A stretch of DNA of 64,000 nt from Octopus bimaculoides (taxonomy: Eukaryota). Both the position numbers and the translations under genes were made by a program. Positions 47,031 through 58,403 of the stretch are shown here, in pieces (within the stretch, counting starts at the first letter, position 1; the number at the start of each line of letters is the position of its first letter). Under the pieces are notes generated by a model that did no database searches, was not told the origin of the DNA, and saw nothing but the letters and a program-made list of their open reading frames with translations. Where the stretch lies: NCBI RefSeq assembly GCF_001194135.2, contig NC_069003.1, positions 17,923,607 to 17,987,606 of the forward strand, written 5' to 3'.

Positions 47031-49875
47031 GTTGGCAGTTGGTCAAGCACTAAATATCTGCAAAGACAAAAGAGATAAAAATAACATAAAACAACTGAAC
47101 AAACTCTGAAGAAATTTTTAAATATGGAACATCAAATATTGGCCAATCCAAACATGACCCTTACACTGGGTTGGTCTACACATAAGGCACAGACAAAAAA
47201 TTTTTTCTAGTAGCAGCTGCAACACATATTTCTGATTATAAATAAAGCCACCACCATCACCATACATACATCATCATTATAGAATGTCCATGTTCCATAT
47301 TGGAACAGGTTTTACAGTTTGGTAGGATTCAAGAGATCGTGCTACAATGTCTACTTTAGCATGATTTCTATGGTTGGATGTTCTTCCTAACACCTACCAC
47401 TTTAACCAGTGTATTGGGGTTTTTTTTGTTTTTTTTGTGTGGCACCACCACTAGTGAGGGCACCTTGCAGTTTGCAAGACTAAGACCTTCTTTGATTGAG
47501 CAGGGCTACTGTAGAGAATGAAGCAGCTTTATGCTATAGGATGAGGAGAGGTGGTTAAAGTGTGAGAGAAGGTGCCAGAACAGAACAGCTACTCACATTA
47601 TAGAAGAGAGGGTGTGAGAAATAAAAATAACCATAATGAGAGTTCATATGCAATGGGCTTCTGTACAGTTTCCATCTACCAAATTTCATTTGTAAGGCAT
47701 TGATCAGCATGGGGCCATGCTAGAAGACACTTGCTCTAAGTAACACAGATGGAAAATTGAGTAGTGTCTTCAACTATAACCCCTAAAATAATGATTTAAC
47801 AAACACAATACGAAGTACAGAAAACACCACATTACACTCAGCAAATCATTAAAACATATTACATATTAGTGTTACAGATAAAGGTTTGATTACAAAATTT
47901 TAGTAAGAAAGTTATCTAACTGAAAAGGCCATACCAAAGCAGACACTTGAATGTGATGTAGTCTTTTGGTTCGTTAGATCGTGTTAAACCATGCAACCCA
48001 TGTTGTGGAATAAGAATATTAAATGATGATTACACTTATATAATTATGACATTACATATCATTACCACCATCATTTAATGGCTACTTTTCCCTATTTGCA
48101 AGGATTAGATGGAATTTGTGGAAGCAGATTTTCTAGTCGGACAACAGCCTTCCTGTCATTAACTCTTGCCTGTTTCCAAATAAGGTAATACTTCCCCATG
48201 GTCGGGCATGTTTTCTCAAAAGATTGGAAATGAAGGACATCACTTGTATGACAATGACACTCATTTCAAGATGCATACATGTATATAAAGTACCAGTCAA
48301 GTACAAGGGTACTTGGTTTTATCAACTCCAAAAAGATTAAAACCAAAATTCAAACCCCTTGGTGGAGCTGTTACGAATATAACCACCAGGTATAAACAGT
48401 TTTGTCAATCCCAATAACAATGTTGCTGTTGTTATTGTTTAGCTCCTAGAGAGCTCTTACGGAGGAGACTTACAACTAAAGATGTCCCAGCTGTAACCCA
48501 CCTTTCTTTTTCAGGTATGGTGTATCTAGGACTATGTTATTTAAAGTGTTCCTTCTTGCTGCTACTGTCTGGCCCCAAGTCAGCACTGATGGAGCAAACT
48601 TATGATTAAAAGTTGTGACACAGAGTATCTTGGACTATATAATCTAATGTAAATTTCAAAGGGAACTTTTGCTGCTATTTCTAACAGCTTAAACAACAAC
48701 ATAGGGAGACTCTTGTTGTTGATGATGATGATGAAGGTAATTATGGCATATGAAATATGTCACAAGATTAACAAAACCAGCAAACATAGAAAAAAAACAA
48801 AAAAAAAAAATGAAGACATGACAAATGTGTGAGGGAATGGAATTAAGAGAGTTTTTTTTTAATTGGAATAAAGACGATATTTATAGCACAGTAAATGTTC
48901 TGTTAGGTACTCATATAAATGTGTCTGTATTTCTGTGACACACACACATGCATAAATTACTCTGCTGTGTGTGTATGTATGTACACACACACACATTGAG
49001 CAGGACTTGGTACTTGAGAAAAGCTGAATGTCAAGTACACATATGCTCACACACCCACACACTACCTAAACAAGTGTGATTTCAACAAGATATAAGCTTG
49101 TCTAAGGCTACTGTAAATTAGAATTCTAATATGGTCCAATCCATGCTTAAACAGAACACATATATATTAAATGATAATGATGATGATGATGTCAGTTAGC
49201 CCAGTGTTTCTCATAAGGACAGAAGTGGGAAAACCTTATCACCCTTCACCAGGAGTTTGGGGGGGGGATCAAGGAGGAAAGCAGTGCCCATGACCCTTTC
49301 TGGGGGATCCTTTAAAAATTGTTGGAGGGAAGGAGGAAATTATTTTCGACTTAGAACTAGCCTGACTGTTTGCAGTAGAGTGGGCTCCACTAAAAGAACT
49401 CAAGGTATGAATTAAGGGAGACTTAGTTGCTATTTCTAGTAGACAGTGACTACATAAGTGCTCCCTCATTGCAAAAAAGGATCAATTTGGTAACAACTGC
49501 TAATTATAACAGCTTAGTAACAACATAACTTTACATCTAATAAGTAAAATGTTAATGTTGTCAGTTAGCTTTATGTTAGTCTGGATTGAGCAGACTATTA
49601 TCAAAGGAGAACCAAGCTATGATCACCCCCATCTTTTTGTATGTCTAGGACTACAAACTATCCTTAGATTTTTACATAGGCAAGTTGTGATCAGACAAGT
49701 TTGCTATTGTTTCTAGCATACCAAAAGCTCCCCATTCTGCCATAACATTTAATTCACTAACAACTTGGCTGTATCCATTCAAGTCTACTGCTGTCATTTA
49801 GCTCAAGGTCAAAGCTACATTATCAAAGATATTCCAGCCATGACCATCCTGTCTTTTGTGAATAGTATCTTCTGA

Positions 49876-49921
49876 ACTATATTATCCAATTTGATGAAAG
49901 CATCAAATTGGATAATATAGT
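49876..49921. repeat. Perfect 21-bp inverted repeat with 4-nt loop
   Basis: ACTATATTATCCAATTTGATG-AAAG-CATCAAATTGGATAATATAGT. Confidence 0.95.
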
Positions 49922-50659
49922 CTATAAGTTACTAGTGTGTGATCTAAGGGAGATTTGGATGCTATTTCTAACAGGTTCTGCATACACATTGATTCAATAT
50001 AGGTTATTGAAGTAACAGCTGATCGTATTCAGAGATGAACCACACAAACATCCACAAAACATCCAATGTATTGAGAGACGACTGAAATAAAGTTTACTCA
50101 TTGTTTGGTTGTGAGGATATACACACCCACCTCTTGAACAATCACACACATATTCATTAAGTTCAATCTTCCATGCAAGGTTGGATTTGATAAACAAACA
50201 ACATGTATGTATGTACATCATCATCATCATTTAATGCCTGGTGTCCATGCTGGCATGGGTTAGATGGTTTTGACCAGGACTAGTAAGCTGAGGGACTGCA
50301 CCAGACTCTAGTCTAATTTGGCATGATTTCTATGGCTAGATACCCTTCCTAATGCCAACCACTCCAAGAATGTAATGGGTACACATACACACAAAAAGCA
50401 ATGCTCCCTCACTCTCCACAGGTTCCCTCCTTCTAAGCCCCCTCCTAATTTTCTTATACTTTACTCTCTCCCTCTCAAATCCCAAACAACCACTATGCAC
50501 TGTCATTCTCCATCCATCCCAGTCTTGTACCTCCCTCTCCCAATCACCAGCTACTCTACACCATGCATCACTCATAGAATAGCAAAGTCCTTAATATCTT
50601 GTTTCCTAGTGAGAATGTAATCTATAAGATGCCATTTCTTAGAACTAGGGTGCAGCCAT

Positions 50660-51760
50660 GTCAGTTTATATTTATTTTTTAGTTGAAACATTGTGTTCAT
50701 GACACACAAATCCATTTCTATGCACATTTGTAATTTCAGAAACCATTACTGCCTTCCTAAGACACCCCAGGTCTCCCAATGTGCGCCGATGCAAGCATTA
50801 AAATCACCTAAAATGACAACTTTATCATCAGTGGGTGGGTGGATACTGCATATAATCTCTGTAAGTGATAGATAGAAGGCAAGTTTATCATCCTCTGATG
50901 AATTTATAGTTGGAGCACATGCACTGATGAGTGTTGCATAGCGACCTTTTCTCAACGGAAGTCTAAAAGACATCAAATGATCAGAATGACCACATGGTAG
51001 TTCCTCAAGTTTTGAAACCAGAGTGGTCTTGATTGCAAATCCCACTCATCTCTACCATTCAAAAATAGGTCTCATCTCTACTTTTCTACAAAATTCCCTT
51101 TTCCATGAATTCTTGTTTTGGCTAATGCTACAACATCCATATCATATTGCTGTAACTCTTTTGTAACAAGTGCAGATCTTCTTTCTGGGCGAAATTTCAA
51201 ACAATCATTGCCTAATAAAGTTTGACCATTCCAACATCCTATATTCATAAGCTTGCATCTTAACCTGAATTTACTCACAGTTGCAGGATGACGACCGGAT
51301 CCAAGCTGTGGTACTTTGGGACACCTACTGGGCCAGACCACAGAACAAAATGTTCCAGATCCCTTTTTTGCCATTTACTTCAGTATCAATATCATCTTTC
51401 ATTGTTTGATTGTGCCTTATTAGCCTTCAGCCAGCCATGGACATACAAGATGTTCATTTTCTTTTTCCCTTCCAGCAATACCTGTGCTTGATGCTTTCTA
51501 AAGTGAGGAAACGTTTTGCCCAGCAACCATTCCCACTCTCTAAACTACAAAGCATGATCCAAAAAGAAGAGCAAGTCAACATCATTGGCTGCATTTGCAG
51601 TCACAGGTTTTATATCAGAGTGTCCTTCTCCCAGTCTTTGCTCAACCAAAGGTTAACTACAAGACAGCAGTGAAGTATTTAAATTCAGAGTTACCTTCTC
51701 CTAGATAGACTGCCTTTGCCACGACTTGGGTAAACAAAGGAGCTCCATCCACCCCTTATC
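50660..51760 (-). mobile_element. RTE (BovB/AviRTE-like) LINE 5' part: probable 5'UTR + AP-endonuclease
   Basis: MNIGCWNGQTLL...RPERRSALVTKELQQYDMDVVALAKTR, GFAIKTTLVSKLEELPCGHSDHLMSFRLPLRKGRYATLISACAPT and VILGDFNACIG. Confidence 0.85.
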
Positions 51761-51823
51761 TATTTATCATACAAAAAAAAAGGGTAAAATAAAATGAATA
51801 AAATAAAAATTAAAAATTGAGAT

Positions 51824-52170
51824 ACAGGCACAGGAGTGGCTTACCAACCACATGGTTCCGGGTTCAGTCCCACTGGGTGGCACCTTGGGCAAGCTGACCA
51901 AAGCCTTGTGAGTGGATTTGGTAGACGGAAACTGAAAGAAGCCTGTCATATATATGTGTGTGTGTGTTTGTGTGTCTGTGTTTGTCCCCCCCAACATTGT
52001 TTGATAACCGATGCTGGTGTGTTTACATCCCCGTAACTTAGCGGTTCGGCCTGAGAGACCGATAGAATAAGTACTAGGCTTACAAAGAATAAGTCCTGGG
52101 GTTGATTTGCTCAACTAAAGGCATGGCTGCAGTCAAATGACTGAAACAAGTAAAAGAGTAAAAGAGTAAT
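51824..52170 (+). mobile_element. Family-A SINE, low-divergence copy with small deletions
   Basis: CCACATGGTTCCGGGTTCAGTCCCACTG...AAGCCTTGTGAGTGGATTTGGTAGACGGAAACTGAAAGAAGCC...CCCCGTAACTTAGCGGTTCGG...AAATGACTGAAACAAGTAAAAGAG; CpGs retained. Confidence 0.85.
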
Positions 52171-52239
52171 ACAACTGAGTGAAAATAAGAATAAAAATTG
52201 AGATACAATTAAACAATACATACAATATACACATACAGT

Positions 52240-52847
52240 TTGAAATACAATATATACAATATATATATACACACACTTATTGTAGAAAGAATGTTTTTAT
52301 TTTCTCTTTTGTTAAACACAATATTTTAATTATTGAGAAATATTTTGAAGTGAATGAGATTGTTTGTACAGTAAGTATTTATATGGTATAATTATTTTTA
52401 GTTTTCTTTAAACAGACAATATTTTAATGATTTTTAAAATTATTTTCAAGTGAATACCATTACAAAATTGTTTTTTAGCATATTTAAAAATGACTTTAAA
52501 TATATGGTAAATATTTCATAAAAGACCTGTTTGTAACCTAGGTGTGAAATGGTTTTTTTGAGTGCATTCAACATATCTCACATCCAAAGATTTGGCTGCT
52601 ATTTATAGCACGCCCTGCTACCACATAACAGCTATTTGCGATAAAAAACCCAAAATACCTGATACGTGGTAGCAGGGTATGCAAGAAATAGCAGCCAAAT
52701 CTTTCCTTTCTAGGGAAAGGAACCGTTTACGCATGATTTCGATGTCATGTTCATTGAAAGTATGCAAAAAAAACCCATGAAACAAAACTCTGTTGCTGGG
52801 AAACTCAGACTTTCCCGGTGACCCAACAGGTCATGGGTAGTCTAGTC

Positions 52848-52850
<3 letters not shown>
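52240..52850 (+). mobile_element. Non-autonomous Helitron-like element
   Basis: Ends GGTGACCCAACAGGTCATGGGTAGT-CTAG-T-CTAG. The body at about 52290-52620 is homologous to about 56830-57212. Confidence 0.6.
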
Positions 52851-52890
<40 letters not shown>

Positions 52891-52949
52891 CACAAGTAAT
52901 GATGCACCGTTCCAGGTACATATTACTAATTTGGTAATAAAAATGCAGA

Positions 52950-53590
52950 TAGCTAGTTGGATGAATCCTCCAAACTTCCAGAACAAGAGGAAAGGAAACT
53001 ATGATGGTCTTTTGGAGGACATATGTCCTCAGCTTCTTGGACTACTGCTCTCAACTATGGTCACCACATAATATAAAATTAACAGCAGAACTCAAAGCAA
53101 TCCAGTGAAGCTAAACAAAGAAAATCATCTCAATGCAACATATCAGCTACTGGGAAAAGCTGAAAGAGTTAAGACTCTTCTCCCTAGAATGAAGGCGGGA
53201 AAAGATATGCAGTGATATGCATCTGGAAAATCCTAGAAGGCCTTGAAAGTTACACAAACAACAGAATTGGGTACCGCTGCATAGTGCCAAAGGTCCCACC
53301 ATCATCATCAAAATACAGGACCAGATACTGCAACAGCTTGGGTTTCAAGAGCCAACAGCTCTTCAAAATCCTTTCAAAATGCCTGAGAAATCTACATGAT
53401 GTGAATGTAGGTGTCTTCAAAACAAAACTAGATCTCCTCCTGTCAAGCCTACCTCACAGCAGGAAACACAGATGAAGGTAGCAGCATCAAACTCCCTCAT
53501 TCACTAAATGCAACACATCAAAGGAAGTTTCAAATAATGAAGGTGTAGTACAGCCAATGGTGGTGCTCCAGCATGACCACAACTTTAAAG
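52950..53590 (+). mobile_element. CR1/L2-superfamily LINE 3' fragment
   Basis: ICIWKILEGL...RIGYRCIVPKV...NSLGFKSQQLFKILSKCLRNL...FKTKLDLLLSSLP, an RT C-terminal pattern. Confidence 0.7.
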
Positions 53591-53624
53591 CTGAAACAAG
53601 TTAAAGAGTATATGTGTGTGCGTG

Positions 53625-53659
<35 letters not shown>

Positions 53660-53681
<22 letters not shown>

Positions 53682-54072
53682 GACAGTACTGCCTGATTGG
53701 CACTCGTGCCAGTGGAACGTTAAAAGCACATCCGAGTGTGATTGTTGCCAGGGCTACAGATTGACTCCTGTGCTGGTGATATGTGAAAAGCACCATTCGA
53801 GCATGATCGTTGCCAGCGTCGCCTTACCGGCACATGTGCCGGTGGCACGTGAAAACCAACATTCGAGCGTGGTCATTGCCAGTGCTGCTGGACTGGCTCC
53901 TGTGCAGGTAGCATGTAAAAACACCTTTTGAGCGTGAGAGTGGTCGTTGCCAGAACTGCCTGACTGGCCCTCATGCCAGTGGCATGTAAAAAGCACCCAC
54001 TACACTCTCGGAGTGGTTGGCATTAGGAAGGGCATCCAGCTGTAGAAACTTTGCCAGACCAGATTGAGCCTG

Positions 54073-54075
<3 letters not shown>
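53660..54075 (+). repeat. SINE-like element with five to six internal 55-65 bp tandem units
   Basis: Recurrent (G/C)A.GT.AAAA.CAC...TCGAGC.TG.TC.TTGCCAG unit followed by the common AAGCACCCACTACACTCTCGGAGTGGTTGGCATTAGGAAGGGCATCCAGCTGTAGAAAC module. Confidence 0.7.
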
Positions 54076-54115
<40 letters not shown>

Positions 54116-55916
54116 AGTGTAGCTGTGTNNNNNNNNNNNNNNNNNNNNNNNNNNNNNNNNNNNNNNNNNNNNNNNNNNNNNNNNNNNNNNNNNNNNNNNN
54201 NNNNNNNNNNNNNNNNNNNNNNNNNNNNNNNNNNCGATCTGTGTATGTGTGTGTGTGATGGGTGTATATATACACACAGAATGCAAAGAACCAGAAAAAA
54301 TAACCTCTGCTTTAGGCACAAAGCCAGTAATATAGAGGAGAGAGTGGTAGTTGATAGCATCAGCCCAAGTACTTCACTGGCACTTTACTTTATCTACCCC
54401 AAGGGGATGAAAGGCAAAGTTGACCTCAGCAGGATTTGGACGTAGAATGAAAAGAGCCAGACCAAATACTATAAGGCATATTGTCCAATTTTCAAACAAT
54501 CAACTAATTGTTCAATCTGTTAATAACAGTAATCCTTTTTAATATAGGCATCACCATCATTTAGCACTGGTTTTCCATGTTCTTTCTATACTGGTATGGG
54601 CTGAACAGTTTGACTAGAGCTGGTAAGGCCAGGGGCTACACCAGGCTCCATTGTCTGTTCTAATGCCAACCACTCCACAGAGTGTACTGGGTGCTTTTCA
54701 TGTGGTACCAGCACTGATATGAATTCTACTGTGGTGGACAGGTCTTCTTGAGTACAGCAATGCACCAAATATCTTGGTCCTTTGTCATCTCCTTCATAAA
54801 GCTCAGTGTCTTGAGATTGGCCTTCGATACTTCGTCCCATATCTTCCTGGGTTTCCCTCTTTTATAAGTTCCATCCACTTTAAGTGATCAGCACTTCTGT
54901 ATGTAACTGTCAACATCCATACACATCTCATGACCAAACCAGTGAGTCTCTTGCACACTGCATCTAATTCCTCTTATGCCCAACTTTTCTCTCAAAAGGC
55001 AAAGCCAACTTCGGCAGCATTTGAACTCAGAACAAATTCAGAAATGCTGCTAAGCATATTACTCTGTGTGCCAACAATTCTGCCAGCTCACTGCCCTAAA
55101 AATAATGGCTTCAAATTTTGGCACAAGGCCAGCAATTTCAGGAGAGGGGATAAGTTGATTACATCAACCCCATTGCTCAACTGGTACTTAATTTTATCTA
55201 TGATGAAGGGAGGAAAGGCAAAGTCAACCTTGGCAGAATTTGAACTTAAAATGTTAAGATGGACAAAATGCTACTAATCATTTTGACCAGTGCACAAATG
55301 GTTCTGCCACCTTAAAAATAATAATAATAATGATAATTAGTTTCAATTGTTACCTATTCTTTCCTCCCACTATAAATCATGTAAACAGCTGCCTCCACCC
55401 CAACTTTTCTCTATTCTCTAAACAGTAAATGCAATTACAAAAGAGGTTTGTCTAATGCATTCTTTGTTACTATAAGAACTACTAACTAATTTGTAGCTAA
55501 TTACTAACAGCCAGACAATTAATCTTTTGGAAAGATATTGCAAATCCTATTTATATTCCAACCTTCAAAGCAATGTGACATTGACGCGCTATCAGAGGCA
55601 GTTGTAAAGTGCTACAGCTGACCAGCACCAACAGGAAGAGTCAATAATAAAGCCAATGATTCACATCTCACCTCTGTCACCACCCCCAACACTATAACGC
55701 TGCCTCCTTTAATAACAACACTTGACTTTCCTCAATGACTTAGTGAGGAAAAATTGTGTATGTGTGTGTGTGTACACAGGCACACGAGTGTGTGGTTAAG
55801 TTTGCTTTACAACTAAATCATTTCAGGTAGGCATGGCACCTTGAGCAAGTGCCTTCTACTATAACTTCAGGACGACCAATATCTTGTAACTAAAAACTAA
55901 GCAAAAGCACAACTAA

Positions 55917-55949
<33 letters not shown>

Positions 55950-55956
<7 letters not shown>

Positions 55957-56320
55957 GTATTCTTTTATTTGTTTCAGTCATTTGACTGTGGCCATGCTGG
56001 AGCACCACCTTTACTCAAACAAATCAACCCCAGAACTTATTCTTTGTAAGCCTAGTACTTATTCTATCAGTCTCTTTTGCTGAACCACTAAGTTATGGGG
56101 ACATAAACACACCAGCATCAGTTATCAAGCAATGGTGGGGGACAAACATACACACAAACACACACATATATACAGATATATGAAGAGCTTCTTTCAGTTT
56201 CCGTCTACCAAATCCACTCACAAGGCTTTGGTCGGCCCAAGGCTATAGTAGAAGACACTCAAAGTGCCACGCAGTGGAACTGAATCCAGAACCATGTGGT
56301 TGGTAAGCAAGCTACTTACC
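55950..56320 (-). mobile_element. Family-A SINE, near full length
   Basis: Reverse complement of the 51824-52170 sequence, including tail and tRNA-like head. Confidence 0.85.
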
Positions 56321-57703
56321 AAACACAGTCAAAACACACATACACATACTGTTTGATAAATGCTAGTAAGCCAAAACTTTGAAATCACTGTCAACCTTTT
56401 CTTGTAATTGTTTATATATATAAGCTTCCTAAAGCCAACCAAATCCTGGTGTGTGTATCTGGCAGACAAAACTGAAAGTGCCCATTTGTGTATGTATCTT
56501 ATCTATAAAAGGCATATACTAATAAAAGTGAAGTTCGATCTTGCTTGCTTGCAATGTTACACAGCCAAAGTGGCGCATAATGGAAAAATACTATGAATTA
56601 AGTTGCCCCTGAAATGTTAATACGAACGGAATAAAACAAGTTTTGTGTAAATTGGAGCAGTAGTTATTGAGATATTTGGGGTTTGGGGGTATAAATACCC
56701 AAAACAATGCTTAATGGGAAAATATTCTGAATATACCTTCATCCTAAAGGGGAAGAAACTCTAACCTTTTGATTAGACACAATGACTTAACAACGAAGAA
56801 ATACAACTTGTTTTTTTACAGTAAATGCTTCTGTTTTCACTTTTGTTAAATACAATAATTCAATCATTTAGAAATATTTTTAAGTGAATGGGATTTCAAA
56901 AATGTAAGTTGTTTGTACAGTAAGTATTTATATTTTAGCTTTCTTTAAACAGACAATATTTTAATGTTTTTTTCAATTATTTTCAAGTGAATACCATTAC
57001 AAAAATTGTTTTGGCATATTTAAAAAATATTTTAAAGTGAAAATGACTTTAAGAATATGGTAAATATTTTGTAAAAGACCCGTTTGTAACCTTGCTCTGA
57101 AATAGTTTTGTTCCATTGGATTTTTTCGAGTGCATTCAATGTAACTCAACTCTAAAGATTTGGCTGCTATTTCTAGCACGCAATGCTACAATGTAACAGT
57201 TATTTGCGATAANNNNNNNNNNNNNNNNNNNNNNNNNNNNNNNNNNNNNNNNNNNNNNNNNNNNNNNNNNNNNNNNNNNNNNNNNNNNNNNNNNNNNNNN
57301 NNNNNNNNNNNNNNNNNNNNNNNNNNNNNNNNNNNNNNNNNNNNNNNNNNNNNNNNNNNNNNNNNNNNNNNNNNNNNNNNNNNNNNNNNNNNNNNNNNNN
57401 NNNNNNNNNNNNNNNNNNNNNNNNNNNNNNNNNNNNNNNNNNNNNNNNNNNNNNNNNNNNNNNNNNNNNNNNNNNNNNNNNNNNNNNNNNNNNNNNNNNN
57501 NNNNNNNNNNNNNNNNNNNNNNNNNNNNNNNNNNNNNNNNNNTATATTTTTATGTGATATTTTTTGGATCATGGGTACTTGATTTTTTTTACTTCTAAAA
57601 GGGAAAAATTACTATTTCATTTAAAATAAATTAATCGTTATCATTTTAATAAAAGGGCAGAAAAACAGATAGACTATCTCTTTATGGACGAATATCAGTT
57701 GTA

Positions 57704-58330
57704 ATGGGACGAGTTGAATCTCATAAGAATGGAAAAACAATCAACAACAAATGGGTTGTACCTTATAATGAAACTCTTTTAAGAACATTCAAATGTCACT
57801 GCAACGTTGAGATCATTGCCTCAGTGAGGTCAATTAAGTATGTCATGAAATACACACTGAAAGGAAATGACCAAGCTGCTGTTCAAATAAACAATAATAA
57901 TGAAATTAGTCAATATCTAATGGGTTGGACCATCCGAAGCAGTTACATCCATTTTTAGGATTTTCAATTCATGAAAGAGCACCTACAATAGTGAGACTGC
58001 AAGTTCATCTACCAGATGAGCAAAGAATATTGCTCAGAAATTATGAGGATCTTTATGGCTGTCAATGAATGACACATGAGAACAACACTGACAGAATTCT
58101 TTTCATTGTGCATCAATGGAAACTTTGCAAAAACATTATTCTATGCTGAAGTACCCATGTATTTCACTTGGAACAGTAGGAACAAAGAATGGCTAAGAAG
58201 AAATACATGGTCAAGTTTCTGTTGTCACACCAAGAGCAGGAGAACTGTATTGTTTAAGAACTTTATTGCATAAAGTTCAAAATAGTATTTTTTCCTTTGC
58301 TGCCCTGCATCAACATTTTCAACTTGGTGT
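57704..58330 (+). pseudogene. Helitron Rep (HUH replication initiator) fragment
   Basis: INNKWVVPYNETLLRTFKCHCNVEIIASVRSIKYVMKYTLKGND, GFSIHERAPTIVRLQVHLP and TTLTEFFSLC...YAEVPMYFTWN are Helitron Rep motifs; frameshifted. Confidence 0.9.
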
Positions 58331-58362
58331 GGTTGTAACCCAATGGGTCACAGGTACATCTA

Positions 58363-58403
<41 letters not shown>

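Noticed and set aside
53660-53995. CRISPR-like repeat/spacer appearance (also 25060-25910)
   Set aside because: Eukaryotic context, degenerate repeats, mutually related spacers and no cas genes.
5632-58330. One giant Helitron joining the helicase (5.6-6.8 kb) and Rep (57.7-58.3 kb) relics
   Set aside because: Both are on the + strand but in the wrong order (Rep should precede the helicase), and the first has its own 3' terminus at 7626.
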